DNA of 61,627 nt, the filler included, from Pirum gemmata (Eukaryota), in the NCBI GenBank assembly GCA_002812295.1. It is 18 parts of 18 records of this genome, joined end to end, with 100 filler letters (N's around TTAATTAATTAA, not from the genome) between each part and the next. Parts side by side here need not be neighbours in the genome. Positions count along the whole stretch, not along the records: positions 12,417 to 16,991 come from PDIN01003762.1; positions 17,092 to 22,257 come from PDIN01003763.1; positions 22,358 to 27,283 come from PDIN01003764.1; 15 more parts are not named here. One strand, given 5' to 3'. Both the position numbers and the translations under genes were made by a program. The notes beneath the pieces are model-generated. The model was not told where the DNA came from. It saw only the letters and a list, made by a program, of their open reading frames with translations, and did no database searches. Shown here piece by piece: positions 12,451 through 24,500 of this stretch (within the stretch, counting starts at the first letter, position 1; each line of letters opens with the position of its first letter).

Positions 12451-13871
12451 GTTATAGTTTTTATGCCTATGTTGGTGGTGTTTGAAGTAGGATTTAGGAT
12501 CAACACCATCATCACCATTATTATGATAATTAGTGTTATTACTATTGTTATCGTCATTACTATTTCTATTACTATTATTATTACTATTATAATAATTATT
12601 ATTATACTTATTTTTGTTGTATTTGTGTAATTTGCTTTTGTGGGATTTATGTTTGATTTTAAAATAGTTTTCATTATCATCTGTATCATTAGAAGGACCC
12701 GAAGGGTTAGCAGGGTCAGAAGGATCAGAAAGAGGGCTTTGAAAATTTTCTATCGACCTTTTCCGACTTAGATAAGCCATTTTTTTCCCTTTATAATACG
12801 AATTTTTATAATAGGAATAAGCCATTTTTTCGTCTAAAGACCAACTATCATCACTGTTAGCACCACTGTAATCAGAAGTAGCACCATGTTTACTATTCAT
12901 GTTACTTTTTTCATCTAAAATCCAACTAGTATCACTAGAGAGACCATTTTTACTATTTATTTTTGTTTCTAATGACTTTTTCCTTTTATAGTTAGCCATT
13001 TTCTTTTCAGTATGTTCTGTCACCTAAGTGAGGTTTTTTTTTTTCAATTGATTAGTATAACTTAATGTAAAAAGGTTAAACCCGACAAAGAGCAATATAA
13101 CAATAAAACATTAAAAGAACATAATAATAACAAATAGACCCAACAAAAAACAAAACAAACAACCAAAGACCACACCAAACTACAATCCCGAAAACAACAA
13201 AATCAGAACCACAATCATAGACCACAAACCAAACCGTACACCACAAACCACAAACCAAACCATACACTACAAATCACAAACCAAACCGTACACCACAAAC
13301 CACAAACCAAACCGTACATCACAAACCACAAACCAAACCGTACACCACAAACCACAAACCATAAACTACAAACCACAAATACAAATCACAAACCAAAGAC
13401 AATAAACCACAAAACAACAAACACAAAACCACAAAACAGAAACAAAAAACATACAACCAAACACTCAATCTAAAACACAATAAAACAGAACAAAAACAAC
13501 CAACCGGCCAACCAACCAACCAAAAAAAAATAACAAAAAAGAAATAACACACAAAAAAAATAATCCACAAAACAACAAACACAAAACCACAAAAACACAA
13601 ACAAACATACAACCAAACACTCAATCCAACAAACAGAACAAAAACAACCAACCGACCAACCAACCAACCAACCAAAAACAAAAAACAAAAAACAAATAAC
13701 AGAAAATTTACAAACAAACAAAAAAAATATTTTAATACCTTTTCATTTCGGTATTTGACATATCGCTCCAATTTATTTTGCGCTGCTCCAAAGCTGCAAG
13801 GTAATATTATAATTTTTGTTAGTTGGCAGTAGTCGTAGTAGTAGTAGCAGCAGCAGCAGTAGTAGTAATAT

Positions 13872-13910
<39 letters not shown>

Positions 13911-14698
13911 TGGTAGTAGGGACAAAACCAAATATAATCTATAACAACCTACACATACTGTTAATAACAATAGCAAAGAAACAATAACAATAACAATAAT
14001 AATAATGTCAATAACAATAACAATTACAACAAAGGCAACAATAGCAATAACAATCTCAATAAGAATGGTAATAATAATAATAATGCCAATAACAATTACA
14101 AAATCAGTTTCAATCAACAAGAACAATAGTAATAATACCTAACCCTAACCCTAACCCTAACTCTAACCCTAACTCTAGCCCTGACCTTAACCCTAACCCT
14201 AACCCTAACCCTAACCCTGCTCCTAACCCTAACCCTAACCCAAACTCAAACCCAAACACAAGCCCAAACCCAAACCCACAAGTTTGAGCCTAATCAGAGC
14301 CTAATCAAAGCCTAATCAAAGCCTAATCCGAAGCCAAAGTTAAGTCTAACCCAAACCCCCCCAACAGTAACCTAACTCCTGTAATATAATTTTATAATAA
14401 ATTTCGTTTTAAGAAAACAGTGTAATTTTACCCTAACATCTAATAGCCCTTATCCTTTCAAGACTACCTTATTCTGCCGTCATCCACGCCAGGATTTTTC
14501 CTCTTTGGCTCTGTTTTGCTAGTAGGTAGCGCTGCTAAATTGGTATTTCGTTCCAATGCCTCCAATCTAGCAATCTAAAAAGAGAAAACAGTTACTAAAT
14601 TAGTTGTTCATTGGTTATGTAAATAGAGCATAATCACTAAATTAGTTGGTCATTGGCTATGTAAAGAGAAAATAATTTCTAAATTACTTGGTCATTGG

Positions 14699-14734
<36 letters not shown>

Positions 14735-15056
14735 AGTTGTATTGGTAATTTAGGAAAATATCAATTGCAAGAGTTAATAGAATATTTTATAGATACCCTA
14801 AATAAACTTAACTTTATCCTAATCCCCAATAACAGTAACCTTGACACGAAATAAAATTATAATCCTAATCTAAACCTAGCTCTTAACCTCAACCTTAACT
14901 CTAATCCACAAACCAACCTAACCATGACTCTGTGCATATACGCACATACACATACGTACATACATTGTTGTGTTGGAAGTTGTTGTATATATATATATAA
15001 ATATATAAATTGCTGTTTAAGTATACGTTAGTTTGGTTGGAGGTTGTTTTGGCGAT
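12417..15056 (-). CDS. Partial multi-exon gene, unknown Asn/Lys/Ser-rich protein; exons 15027-15056, 14468-14574, 13739-13793, 12417-13023
   Basis: GT-AG junctions join in frame: IAKTTSNQTN/IARLEALERNTN...DDGRI/SFGAAQNKLERYVKYRNEK/VTEHTEKKMANY... Confidence 0.75.
14579..14702. repeat. 42-bp tandem repeat x3 abutting a splice acceptor
   Basis: CTAAATTAGTTGGTCATTGGCTATGT core repeated three times next to the minus-strand acceptor at 14575. Confidence 0.85.
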
Positions 15057-15106
15057 CTAGGAAAACTGAAAACGAACATTTATTGTTAAACGAACGTTCA
15101 ATGGAT

Positions 15107-15435
15107 AGGGTTAGGGTTAGGGTTAGGGTTAGGGTTAGGTTTAGGTTTAGGTTTAGGTTTAGGTTTAGAGTTAGGGTTAGGGTTAGAGTTAGGGTTAGGG
15201 TTAGGGTTAGGGTTAGAGTTAGTGTTAGGGTTAGGGTTAGGGTTAGAGTTAGAGGGTTAGGGTCAAGGTTAGAGTTAGAAGGTTAGAGTTAGGTTTAGAG
15301 GGTTAGGGTTAGGGTTAGGTGTACAAAATCGATAATAAAGAATAATAATTGAAATAATAATCAAAACAGGTTAGGGTTAGGGTTAGGGTTAGGGTTNNNN
15401 NNNNNNNNNNNNNNNNNNNNNNNNNNNNNNNNNNN

Positions 15436-15486
<51 letters not shown>

Positions 15487-16160
15487 TTATTACTAAACGT
15501 GTTCACTATGGGTTATGCACAGTTCCGGGAAATTAGTTTCCAAAAGGGATTACGATGTTTTTGCTAGAATAGTCAGTGAAGGCAAAGTTCATCATGCTTT
15601 TACGGTTACAGGTAAACCTAAACCTAAACCTAAACCTAAACCCAAACATAAACCTAAAGCTAAACCCAAACCTATACCTAAACCTAAACCTAAACCTAAA
15701 CCTAAACCTAAACCTAAACCTAAACCTAAACCTAAACCTAAACAAACGTAAACGTAAATGTAAACGTAAACCTAAAACTGTATTTGAACTCCAGTAAATC
15801 CTAACCAGGCTTAATATATCCTTAATTTAAGCTTAAACATAACGGATAAACCCCTAACATTAATCCTATAAAACCCTAACCCTAACCCTAACCCTATAAA
15901 CCTAATCCTTTAAAACTCTAATGCTATGAACCTAACTCTATAAAAACCTAACCCTAACCTTAAACCTAAACCTAACCCTAACCCTAACCTTAAAACCTAA
16001 CCCTAAATCTAACTCTAACCCTATTTAATTCTTACTCTCTTAAACCCAATGTCTATTAAACTTTATTAAACTTTATTAAACCCTAAGCCTATTAAAAACC
16101 CTAAGCCTATTGAAAACCATAAAGCCTATTAAAACTCTAATTCTATTAAACCCTAACCCT
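15107..16160. repeat. Intronic telomere-type arrays: (TTAGGG/TTTAGG)n 15107-15396 and (AAACCT/CCCTAA)n 15612-16160
   Basis: Directly visible; a further CCCTAA array lies at 14138-14380. Confidence 0.9.
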
Positions 16161-16461
16161 ATCCCGTCTTTCCTTGGTGAATAAAAGGTGCTTTGGCATT
16201 AGGAGCTGCTGCTTTGGTACCCACTAGTATTGTTGGTGAGATTGTCATGAAGAGAGAAGAGAGGGAGGAGAGAGAGAAGAAAGAGGGGGGGGGGGGAGTT
16301 ACAATAGTATAACTAAGTTCGGCCATACAGCAGGAATACTAAATGTTTGTGCTGATTTAGAAGAGAATAAATATTCTCGTTGGATTCTTAACTATTGCTC
16401 CATAGATACCACGGCAAGACCCTTAATGAAAGGAGATGTTTTTCCAGTTGAGTTGATATAG
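15523..16461 (+). CDS. prpF: PrpF-family (aconitate/methylaconitate isomerase-like) protein, C-terminal part; exons 15523-15611 and 16188-16461, with an apparent frameshift in a G12 run
   Basis: SSGKLVSKRDYDVFARIVSEGKVHHAFTVTG/ALALGAAALVPTSIV...KFGHTAGILNV...TARPLMKGDV matches the PrpF pattern SSGK...R..S.GK.HHA...A.AIPG..V...FGHPSG...AR.LM.G.V. Confidence 0.8.
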
Positions 16462-17656
16462 GTGATGTAGTCCAGAAAAAATAGGGACAGGGTTATTTGT
16501 TAGAATTAGGGTTAGGGCATTATATTATTATAATTATTTTATCATGTATTATCTATTATTGTATATTTTATAATGATCATAATCAAAATTATTGTTTTTA
16601 ATATTATTGCCATTGCTATTATATTTTTTATCTAAACTTTATTCCACGTGTTATTTTTATAATGATCATTATACTCATTATTATATTTTACGATCCATAA
16701 TAATACTTATTATTATTATATTTTACGATCAATTATATATAGTACTTATTATCATATAATTTATTATGATTAAAATCATAATTATCAGTATTATAGCTAG
16801 CACGGATGGCGTCACTATATTTATATTTATATTTTTTGCTAACTAACCTCATTTCTCCTTTCCTCTACCCCCCAAAAAAAAAAAGAAATGATGATAAGAT
16901 TAATTAGTAATGTTTTCGTAATAAAATAATTAAATAAAATCGGAGAATAAAAAATCAACAACATATCAATACTATTTTTATTATTATTATTNNNNNNNNN
17001 NNNNNNNNNNNNNNNNNNNNNNNNNNNNNNNNNNNTTAATTAATTAANNNNNNNNNNNNNNNNNNNNNNNNNNNNNNNNNNNNNNNNNNNNCCCCCCAGC
17101 GTTACGTAATTATTGAACGCTCCCTTAGGTGATGATTCCATAAATATTGTCTACATGTAACATGTTGTCTATCTTATAAGCTATCTTATATTATATTCTG
17201 TAAAAAAAACTCAAAAAAAATCTGATCTTTTGAAGTTCTTTTGATCAAATATCAAATATCAAAATATAAAATTGTTATAGAAAATTGTAGCTACACAAGT
17301 GAAAAGTGTAATTAGAGTCTGCAATACTATTTGCAACAAGAGACATCGTTAGAGAACCAAAAAACACGGGTTTTGTAGTGTCGCTAATATTTCATATTTG
17401 GTAATATTTATACTATTTTTGATGATATTTGTATTAGTTTGTTGCAAATGGTGTCTCTGGTTTTGAAAGTGACTCTAATTGCAAGAGAATATAACTGTGC
17501 CCAGCTTGTGGCACAAAAGAGTCACAAAAGGCACAATTTATGATAATTTATTTTATTTATATAAAAATAATAAATAATTTAATACTAATTTAGTCTATTA
17601 TTAGTAATAAATATCTATATATAGTATCATATCGTTATAAATATCATAATTATTTA

Positions 17657-19180
17657 TAGTGCTTTTCGATTGTTTTGTCATCATAAAATATACAATAAAT
17701 AGTACCAAATTAATACAATATAAATCCATTTAATATAATTTGGTATATTTTATTATCTACGTATTTATTTAAAAATGTCAANNNNNNNNNNNNNNNNNNN
17801 NNNNNNNNNNNNNNNNNNNNNNNNNNNAAAAAAAAAAAAAGCCTACTGGTAGTATCTACCATCTTGATAGGAGTAGATTTTCTACCTACATACATGCTAA
17901 GGGAGCGTTCAATAATTACGTAACGCTGGGGGGTAGGTAGGGGGGGGTCGGATTTTTGGGACAGGCCGTGACGCAGTAGGGGGGTAGGTTTTCGTAATAT
18001 GACATAACGCAAAAAAAAAAAAATAACATGAGGGAGTTATGAGGGGTAATTTAGGGTACTATTTTTCCAAATCGTTACGTCATAAGGGGTAGGTAGTCCT
18101 TCTCAAACGTGACAGCCCATTACACGGGGGTAGTAGGGTAGGTTTTTGTCCCAAATCGGCGTTACGTAATTATTGAACGCTCCCTAACTATAATATTATA
18201 TCAGATAATAAATAATATTTTGAAAAAAAACCCACAAAGATCACCACCAACGTTAATTGTAATAGCTAATAATGATATTGAATTTAATTGTGGTGAATGG
18301 ACACCCAAGCTAGATCTGGTTCTAGATCTGTTGTTTTAATATGGTAAAATTTAATTATTTTTTAAAAAAAAATTTTAAAAATTAAAAAAATAATTATTAT
18401 AGAACTGCCATTGTTCTCTTAGTACCACTTATTAGTATATATAGAGACAATGGGGGGTACTACGAGTCTACGATATGTATGATGTATCGTTTTTAATAGC
18501 TAAATTTTGCTACACAGTCAGTTAAAGTAATGACCACAACTTCCACAAGTATTTTTAATAAACAAGTGTTTCGAAACATTTTTGTACAAAGAATAGTTTG
18601 CAGACAGGGGCGTAGGAGTGGCGCAGGCATCTCATAATAGTGCCATGGGCTCTATATATAAATAATATAATAATATTATACTGTCCTGTTCATGAAATGG
18701 GTGGAGCTGGCTGTGGGGTGTGTGTAGAACTAACTGTATACTAGCTGTTGACCTGTGGTGGTATAGTACTTTTCAGTTGTTTTGTCATACAATAAAGCTT
18801 AAGAGTATCAAATCAATACAATATAAACCCATTTAATTTAATTTGCTATGTTTTATTATCTATTTATTCATTTAAAAACATCAATTTAAAGTTTATAACC
18901 TACCAAACAAATATACAGGGGTGAAAAAAGAAATGAGGAAACTGTAGGTCTCATTGCTACGAGTCACTACTAGTAGCTATTGTAGGTCTCACTAGTCTAG
19001 ATGTGGTTTTTTGAGTATCGTCCTTTTCAGTTATTTTGTTGTCATAAATAGTACCAAAGTAATACAATATAAATCCATTTTATTAAATTTGGTATACTTT
19101 ATTATATATTTATTTATTTAAAAATATCAATTTATATATTATAAACAGCCAAATAGATATTCGGAGTGAGAAAAGCACAG
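17657..19180. mobile_element. Three MITE family C copies (about 17657-17781, 18763-18945, 19018-19180)
   Basis: Shared body GTACCAAATTAATACAATATAAATCCATTTAA and GTGCTTTTCA-type termini. Confidence 0.7.
17901..18184. mobile_element. PIF/Harbinger (Tourist-like) MITE, family D
   Basis: Perfect 26-bp TIR GGGAGCGTTCAATAATTACGTAACGC with TAA target duplication; a second terminus followed by TTA at 17092-17124. Confidence 0.92.
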
Positions 19181-19389
19181 TAAAAGCACAATAAATTTTA
19201 TTGATAAAAAAAATGAAGAGACCGCAGATTTTTTTNNNNNNNNNNNNNNNNNNNNNNNTATTATTAATTACTATTATTAATTATTATTATTAATTATTAT
19301 TATTAATTATTATTACTATTATTATTTATTATTTATTATTATTATTATTATCATTTATTTTTTTGTGTTTATTTTTTTTTACCTCTTAG

Positions 19390-20066
19390 TTAAAGAATCT
19401 GAATTTGATGAAGAATTCTGCAAGGGAACCCATGACGACCAACCACCTGACTATTTCAAATTTGAAGACAAAAAGTACAAATCTTTTTTTGACGTTACAA
19501 ATAAGATGGGAATTTCTTTAATTGCTTCTGGGCATACTCATGGTAATGATTATTGTTGTAGCTACGCTGATCTAGGATCAAAACAACAACAACAAAATAA
19601 TTATCAATTTTTACATACCTTTTTATCTTCATCTTTGTTGTCGTTCATAACACCTGTACCCCCACCCTCACCCGCTCCAAACTTATGTTTTGGTCGTCAT
19701 TCTGGTTATGGTGGGTATGATACAATTAATACGAAACAAAAAGGTTCACGTGTTTATATTTTTGATAACTCTAATAATAATAGTGTACATACTTATGTTT
19801 CTATGCATAATGGTAGTATTATTCATGAAAGTATACTTAAAATCAATACCATAACAACAACACCCGAAAATAATCATGATAATTATGTTATTGAATATTA
19901 TAACTATTATGATGATAACTATTCTAGTTATTCAGTTGCTTCTATTGCTGTTGTTGCTGCTGTTGTTGTTGTCGTTTTACTTTTTGGAAGGTTATTTAGG
20001 TCTCGTTTTGGTTATCTTAACAAGAAATTATGTAATATAGGGTCTGAGAAAAATGTGAAACAATAA
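19390..20066 (+). CDS. Last exon of a calcineurin-like metallophosphoesterase (DCR2 / plant PAP14-29-like) with a C-terminal transmembrane segment
   Basis: ctcttag acceptor; SGHTHGNDYCC, LCFGRHSGYGGY and KGSRV motifs; hydrophobic IAVVAAVVVVVLLF followed by basic residues. Confidence 0.85.
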
Positions 20067-20841
20067 TGAAAGTAATAAATAATAATAATAATAATAATAA
20101 TAATCATTTGTTATCATTTATTGTTTCTATTAAATTTATTACTAATTAATACTATATTATTAATTTTATTGATGTAAATATGTATACTAATACAGTTGAC
20201 AAATACAATCATAATACGTATACCAATATAATTATAATACGCATACCAATACAATCATAATACGTTTACCAATAGAATCATAATAGGAAACTATAAGAAT
20301 AAGTATAAACCAAATCAATAAAAAAGGTAAGTCAAAACACGTATAAATAGAGGACAGAATTTGTGAAATTTGAAAAGAGAAGGAAAAAATCCCAGAACAA
20401 CAAGAAGAAAAAATAATAAATAATAATAATAATAAATCACCTAAAAAAGAAATAAGATACAGGAGATGATACTTGTTTAAGTATAAGCAAAATCATAACC
20501 CTTTAATAGTTAAATATTATATTTGCTATTTTAAATAGCAATATATTCACTTATGTATTGTACCGCCGAGAATTAAAATATAATAAAACTGTCACAATTT
20601 AGTTAATTCCTTCAAGTTACACAATCCACTTTTTGCACCAGATTATAATTATACATAGTCTTATACACAGCCGAAAAATAAGGAAGTTCATTCAACATGT
20701 AGAACCAGGCCAATTACAAGAGTCGTCTTATGCTGCAGCATTATTATTATTAATAATAATTAACTAATATGAATACTATCATTTCTAAAAAGTTTAGTTT
20801 TAGAGTCCGATATATAGCAGGTGTACAAATAAGTTAATTGA

Positions 20842-21128
20842 TTAGTAAGGAAGTTTACAAGAACCATCGGGGTAATAAATTTTACATATTTCATATATTT
20901 TATTATATATAATATGAACTTGCGCTAAATGTGGTGTACTAACAACAACCCTATCGGTGTCATCTGCCCCTTTACCTTCATAAGCCAGATGGGCTACTTC
21001 ATCGTTTTCTGTAGGTGGGTATGGATTAGGATAAAAGGTTAGAGAAAGTACCTTTTCATTATTATTATTGTTCTGTTCAACAACCCCTCTATCGGTATTC
21101 TCTACTGCAAATGGGAACCGTGGTGTAT
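20842..21128 (-). other. 5'-truncated tandem duplicate of the 21163-21558 ORF, reading frame still open
   Basis: Period 321 bp; translates TPRFPFAVENTDRGVV...NKIYEICKIYYPDGSCKLPY*. Confidence 0.8.
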
Positions 21129-21162
21129 TGATATATAGCAGGTGTACAAATAAGTTAATTGA

Positions 21163-21558
21163 TTAGTAAGGAAGTTTACAAGAACCATCGGGGTAATAGA
21201 TTTTACATATTTCATATATTTTATTTAGATGAACTTTCGCTAAATGTGGTGTACTAACCACCCTATCGGTGTCATCTGCCCCTTTACCTTCATAAGCCAG
21301 ATGGGCCACTTCATCGTTTTCTGTAGGTGGGTATGGATTAGGAAAAAAGGTTGGAGAAAGTACCTCATTATTATTATTACTCGGTTTAACAACCCCTATA
21401 TCGGTATTCTCTACTGCAAATGGGAACCGTGGTGTAATAGGTTCAGCAGACCTAGGTATAAGGGGTATACCATTAACATCCAATATAATGTTTGTACTTG
21501 TTCCGGATAAGATCAACGCAAGACATGGTAAAGACAATTTAATTTTGTTTATGAACAT
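21163..21558 (-). CDS. Small intronless, probably secreted protein (131 aa)
   Basis: ATG after an AT-rich leader; signal-peptide-like MFINKIKLSLPCLALILSG; C-terminal Cys pair. Confidence 0.6.
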   Translation of the reverse strand: MFINKIKLSLPCLALILSGTSTNIILDVNGIPLIPRSAEPITPRFPFAVENTDIGVVKPSNNNNEVLSPTFFPNPYPPTENDEVAHLAYEGKGADDTDRVVSTPHLAKVHLNKIYEICKIYYPDGSCKLPY

Positions 21559-22211
21559 TTTGATTTATTATTATTTTTATTTATTTTTAAACTACGATAT
21601 TATTATAAACTTATATCTTGTAACTGGTATTAAAAAAAATTAATATTGTTGTATAATATATAATTTTGTTTACAATAATAATGTGCTGGGTTTTACTTAT
21701 TGTTATTATTATTATTATTATTATTTTGCTTGTTTATTTAGTTATTTATATAAGTTATTATTATTATTTTTTTAATTTTTTTTTATTTTCTATTTTTATT
21801 ATTATTGTTGTTGGTTAGATATTTCTCCTTTTTATACTCCTTTTTTATATAAAATATATCATATCATCTATTTCATTGCAGTAGTCATCTCAACCTTTAA
21901 TTTGTTACAGTTTAAGTGTATAATTGAACTTTTTTATAAAATACAGTATTAAGTATAAAATACCAAACATGTCTGATAGTTTAACCATAATAATAATTAG
22001 GTATGTTTATTTCAGTTTTTGAACTGGACAACACTATTGAAAAACACGATAATATTGATAGTATTAAATATATTAAATACTAGCTAGCATTATTAGTATA
22101 ATATAATAATATAATACTGATGTAAATTTTTCTAATGCCCTCAGTACCACCAAATGCCAATCATACCATATTTGTATCAATATATTTTCCACAATAAAAA
22201 GTGTCAATTTA

Positions 22212-22257
22212 GGGAGCGTTCAAATAATACGTCACGTCAAGGGGTAGGTAGGTAGGT
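22212..22257. mobile_element. Left terminus of Harbinger-like MITE D2, cut by the contig end
   Basis: TTA|GGGAGCGTTCAAATAATACGTCACGTCAAGGGGTAGG. Confidence 0.75.
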
Positions 22258-22357
22258 NNNNNNNNNNNNNNNNNNNNNNNNNNNNNNNNNNNNNNNNNNN
22301 NTTAATTAATTAANNNNNNNNNNNNNNNNNNNNNNNNNNNNNNNNNNNNNNNNNNNN

Positions 22358-22450
22358 TTTGACTTCTATTATTAGTAAGGAACTCGGAACTAAGGTTGGC
22401 TCGATAAGCACCTGTTCGAAAAAAGTTCTGGTAGATATCTCACCCCTACT
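22358..22450. mobile_element. MITE family A, partial
   Basis: Ends ATCTCACCCCTACT; reverse-complement match to 49490-49575. Confidence 0.8.
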
Positions 22451-23454
22451 GCCAAAGTACTTCTACTACTACTAGTAGCTAGCAACTGTAGTAGCTATCA
22501 TAGCTGGGTTGTTCGGATTGCAGTTCTTAACCAGCTTCTTCACCTCACCATAAAAAATTTTTTTATCGATGGTCTATTTTTTTAATATGACCTAGCTAGC
22601 TAGTAGCTATCATAGCTACTAGGTTTATGATAGAGTTTCTGGTGGAGTCTGGTGCTAGCTGGAGTCTGGCGGAGTCTTCTAAGACTCTTCTTACAAAGTG
22701 AATAAAAGCTACCAAGTTATAATTAAAAAGTAACAAACATAATACAACAAGTGTGCAATATGAAAAGCAAGGAAAGGCTGAAAAAGCTTACAAAAGTTAT
22801 ATTTCCATACTTATTTTCGAGCAAGACCAGAGAAAAAATTAATTAACAAGAAAAATTATTTAACTAATCATACACGTTAAAAAAATACTCGATAATTTGA
22901 CTTTTAAAAAAAAAAGCTTTCGAGATTTAATGATCTACCCAGTGCTGTGGATCATTAAATGACTATTAAATGCCTAAAAAGATTTAATGATCCACCACGA
23001 CTCCTTATTCTCGGCATAGTATTCTCGGCTATGGTTAAAGGTATTCCAATTTCCAATACTATTCCAGATAACGAAGAAAAAAATTTAATAATAAAAATAA
23101 TAATTTTAATATTTATTAATGTTACAACGTGGAAAATACAATATATCCTTGATAATTTCCGTTGAATACTATTTATCTATCTGCCCTCATCAAAGAACCC
23201 ATATATCACCATAAGAAGACAGAATTTCCAATATATATTGCAATTATATATCTATTTATGTAAACATTATAACCAAAAAAAGAAACTTGAAACATGTTTT
23301 ACCATATATGGTTCCGGCGGGAGTTTTCATAAAAAGAGCTAGCTAGCTCTGGCCCTAACTATGGTGGTGAACTGTGGTGAAAAAGTTGAAAACAAAATAA
23401 AAGCTTGTTTGTTGTTTTTCATATCAGGGATATAATCATAATAATATTATAATA

Positions 23455-23609
23455 GTCTCAAAATCCAAAGGTTAGCGGTTCGATCCGCTGTCAGCACTGT
23501 CAAATGTCGAAACAAAAAGAAAGGGTGCTAGATCCAGTCGCTACCGGAGGGACACCCCGCTATACATCGGAGGTACTTGACTGAGAACGATGTGCGAAAA
23601 CTACATAAA
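23455..23609 (+). mobile_element. tRNA-derived SINE-like element (5' truncated) with LINE-related 3' hairpins
   Basis: tRNA-like CTCAAAATCCAAAGGTT plus B box GGTTCGATCC (23477-23486); hairpin GGGTG...GACACCC shared with 29098-29134; second hairpin ACATCG/CGATGT. Confidence 0.6.
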
Positions 23610-23722
23610 NNNNNNNNNNNNNNNNNNNNNNNNNNNNNNNNNNNNNNNNNNNNNNNNNNNNNNNNNNNNNNNNNNNNNNNNNNNNNNNNNNNNNNNNNNN
23701 NNNNNNNNNNNNNNNNNNNNNN

Positions 23723-23880
23723 CTAGCCAAATTATTATTAAAAACTAGCCATTAGTTCATAATAGAGTTTTCTTTGTTAGACGATTTCTCAAATGTTGGT
23801 AGTACTTTCATTAAAATTGGAGCATTTTGAGGTTTTTAGGATTTTGAGCTCATGTGGATTGCAATTTTATCTGACAGTGA
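23723..23880. mobile_element. MITE family E, partial
   Basis: CTAGCCAAATTATTATTAAAAACTAGCCATT...TTTTATCTGAC, reverse complement of the 10907/11654 body. Confidence 0.6.
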
Positions 23881-24219
23881 TGTTTTTTTTTTTTTCACAA
23901 AAAAAAAATCGTATTGTTACATATTTAAATTTACAATATAATAGTTATAAAATTGATCTCAATCATGCTTCACTTTATGTACCAGTAATGAAAAAACGAC
24001 AAAAAAAAAATAATATTAAAAATGAGTATTATATATTAATATATGTACATCATATTATTTATAAAACACAATTATTATACTAAAAAACAACGCCAAACTG
24101 TGTATATTGTTCGTGTTGTTGTTGCTGATTGTATTTGTTGTTATGTTATTTATAATTGTTATTGTTATTGTTATCATTAATATATCATGTTTGTTTTTAT
24201 TAATATTGTTACGGTTATG

Positions 24220-24500
24220 CATATGGTTGTGGCTATGGTTATGGATAATATTGTTATGGTTATGGTTATGGCTATGGTTATGGTTATGGTGATGGTTATG
24301 GTAAAAATTATGGCCATGGTTATGGTTATAGAGCTGTTATGGTTATGGTTATGGTTATGGTTATAATACATTATATGTAGTTATTAATATGGTTATGATT
24401 ATATGTTTATGGAAATGGTAATGGTTATGGTTATGGTTATGGCTATGGTTATGGTTATGGTCATGGTTATGGTTATGGTTATGGTATATGTAGTTGTTAT
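24220..24500. repeat. (GGTTAT)n microsatellite; also at 46152-46355
   Basis: Directly visible. Confidence 0.95.

Noticed and set aside
21163..21165. Genome-wide stop-codon reassignment
   Set aside because: Long conserved ORFs (GH92, ankyrin, exportin-7) contain no in-frame TAA/TAG/TGA, and GH92 and PrpF end at TAA/TAG where the families normally end.
23556..23605. Hammerhead or HDV-like ribozyme in the SINE tail (CTGAGA...GAAA)
   Set aside because: The core does not match CUGANGA with the required three stems, and no nested pseudoknot could be built; it reads as two simple hairpins.
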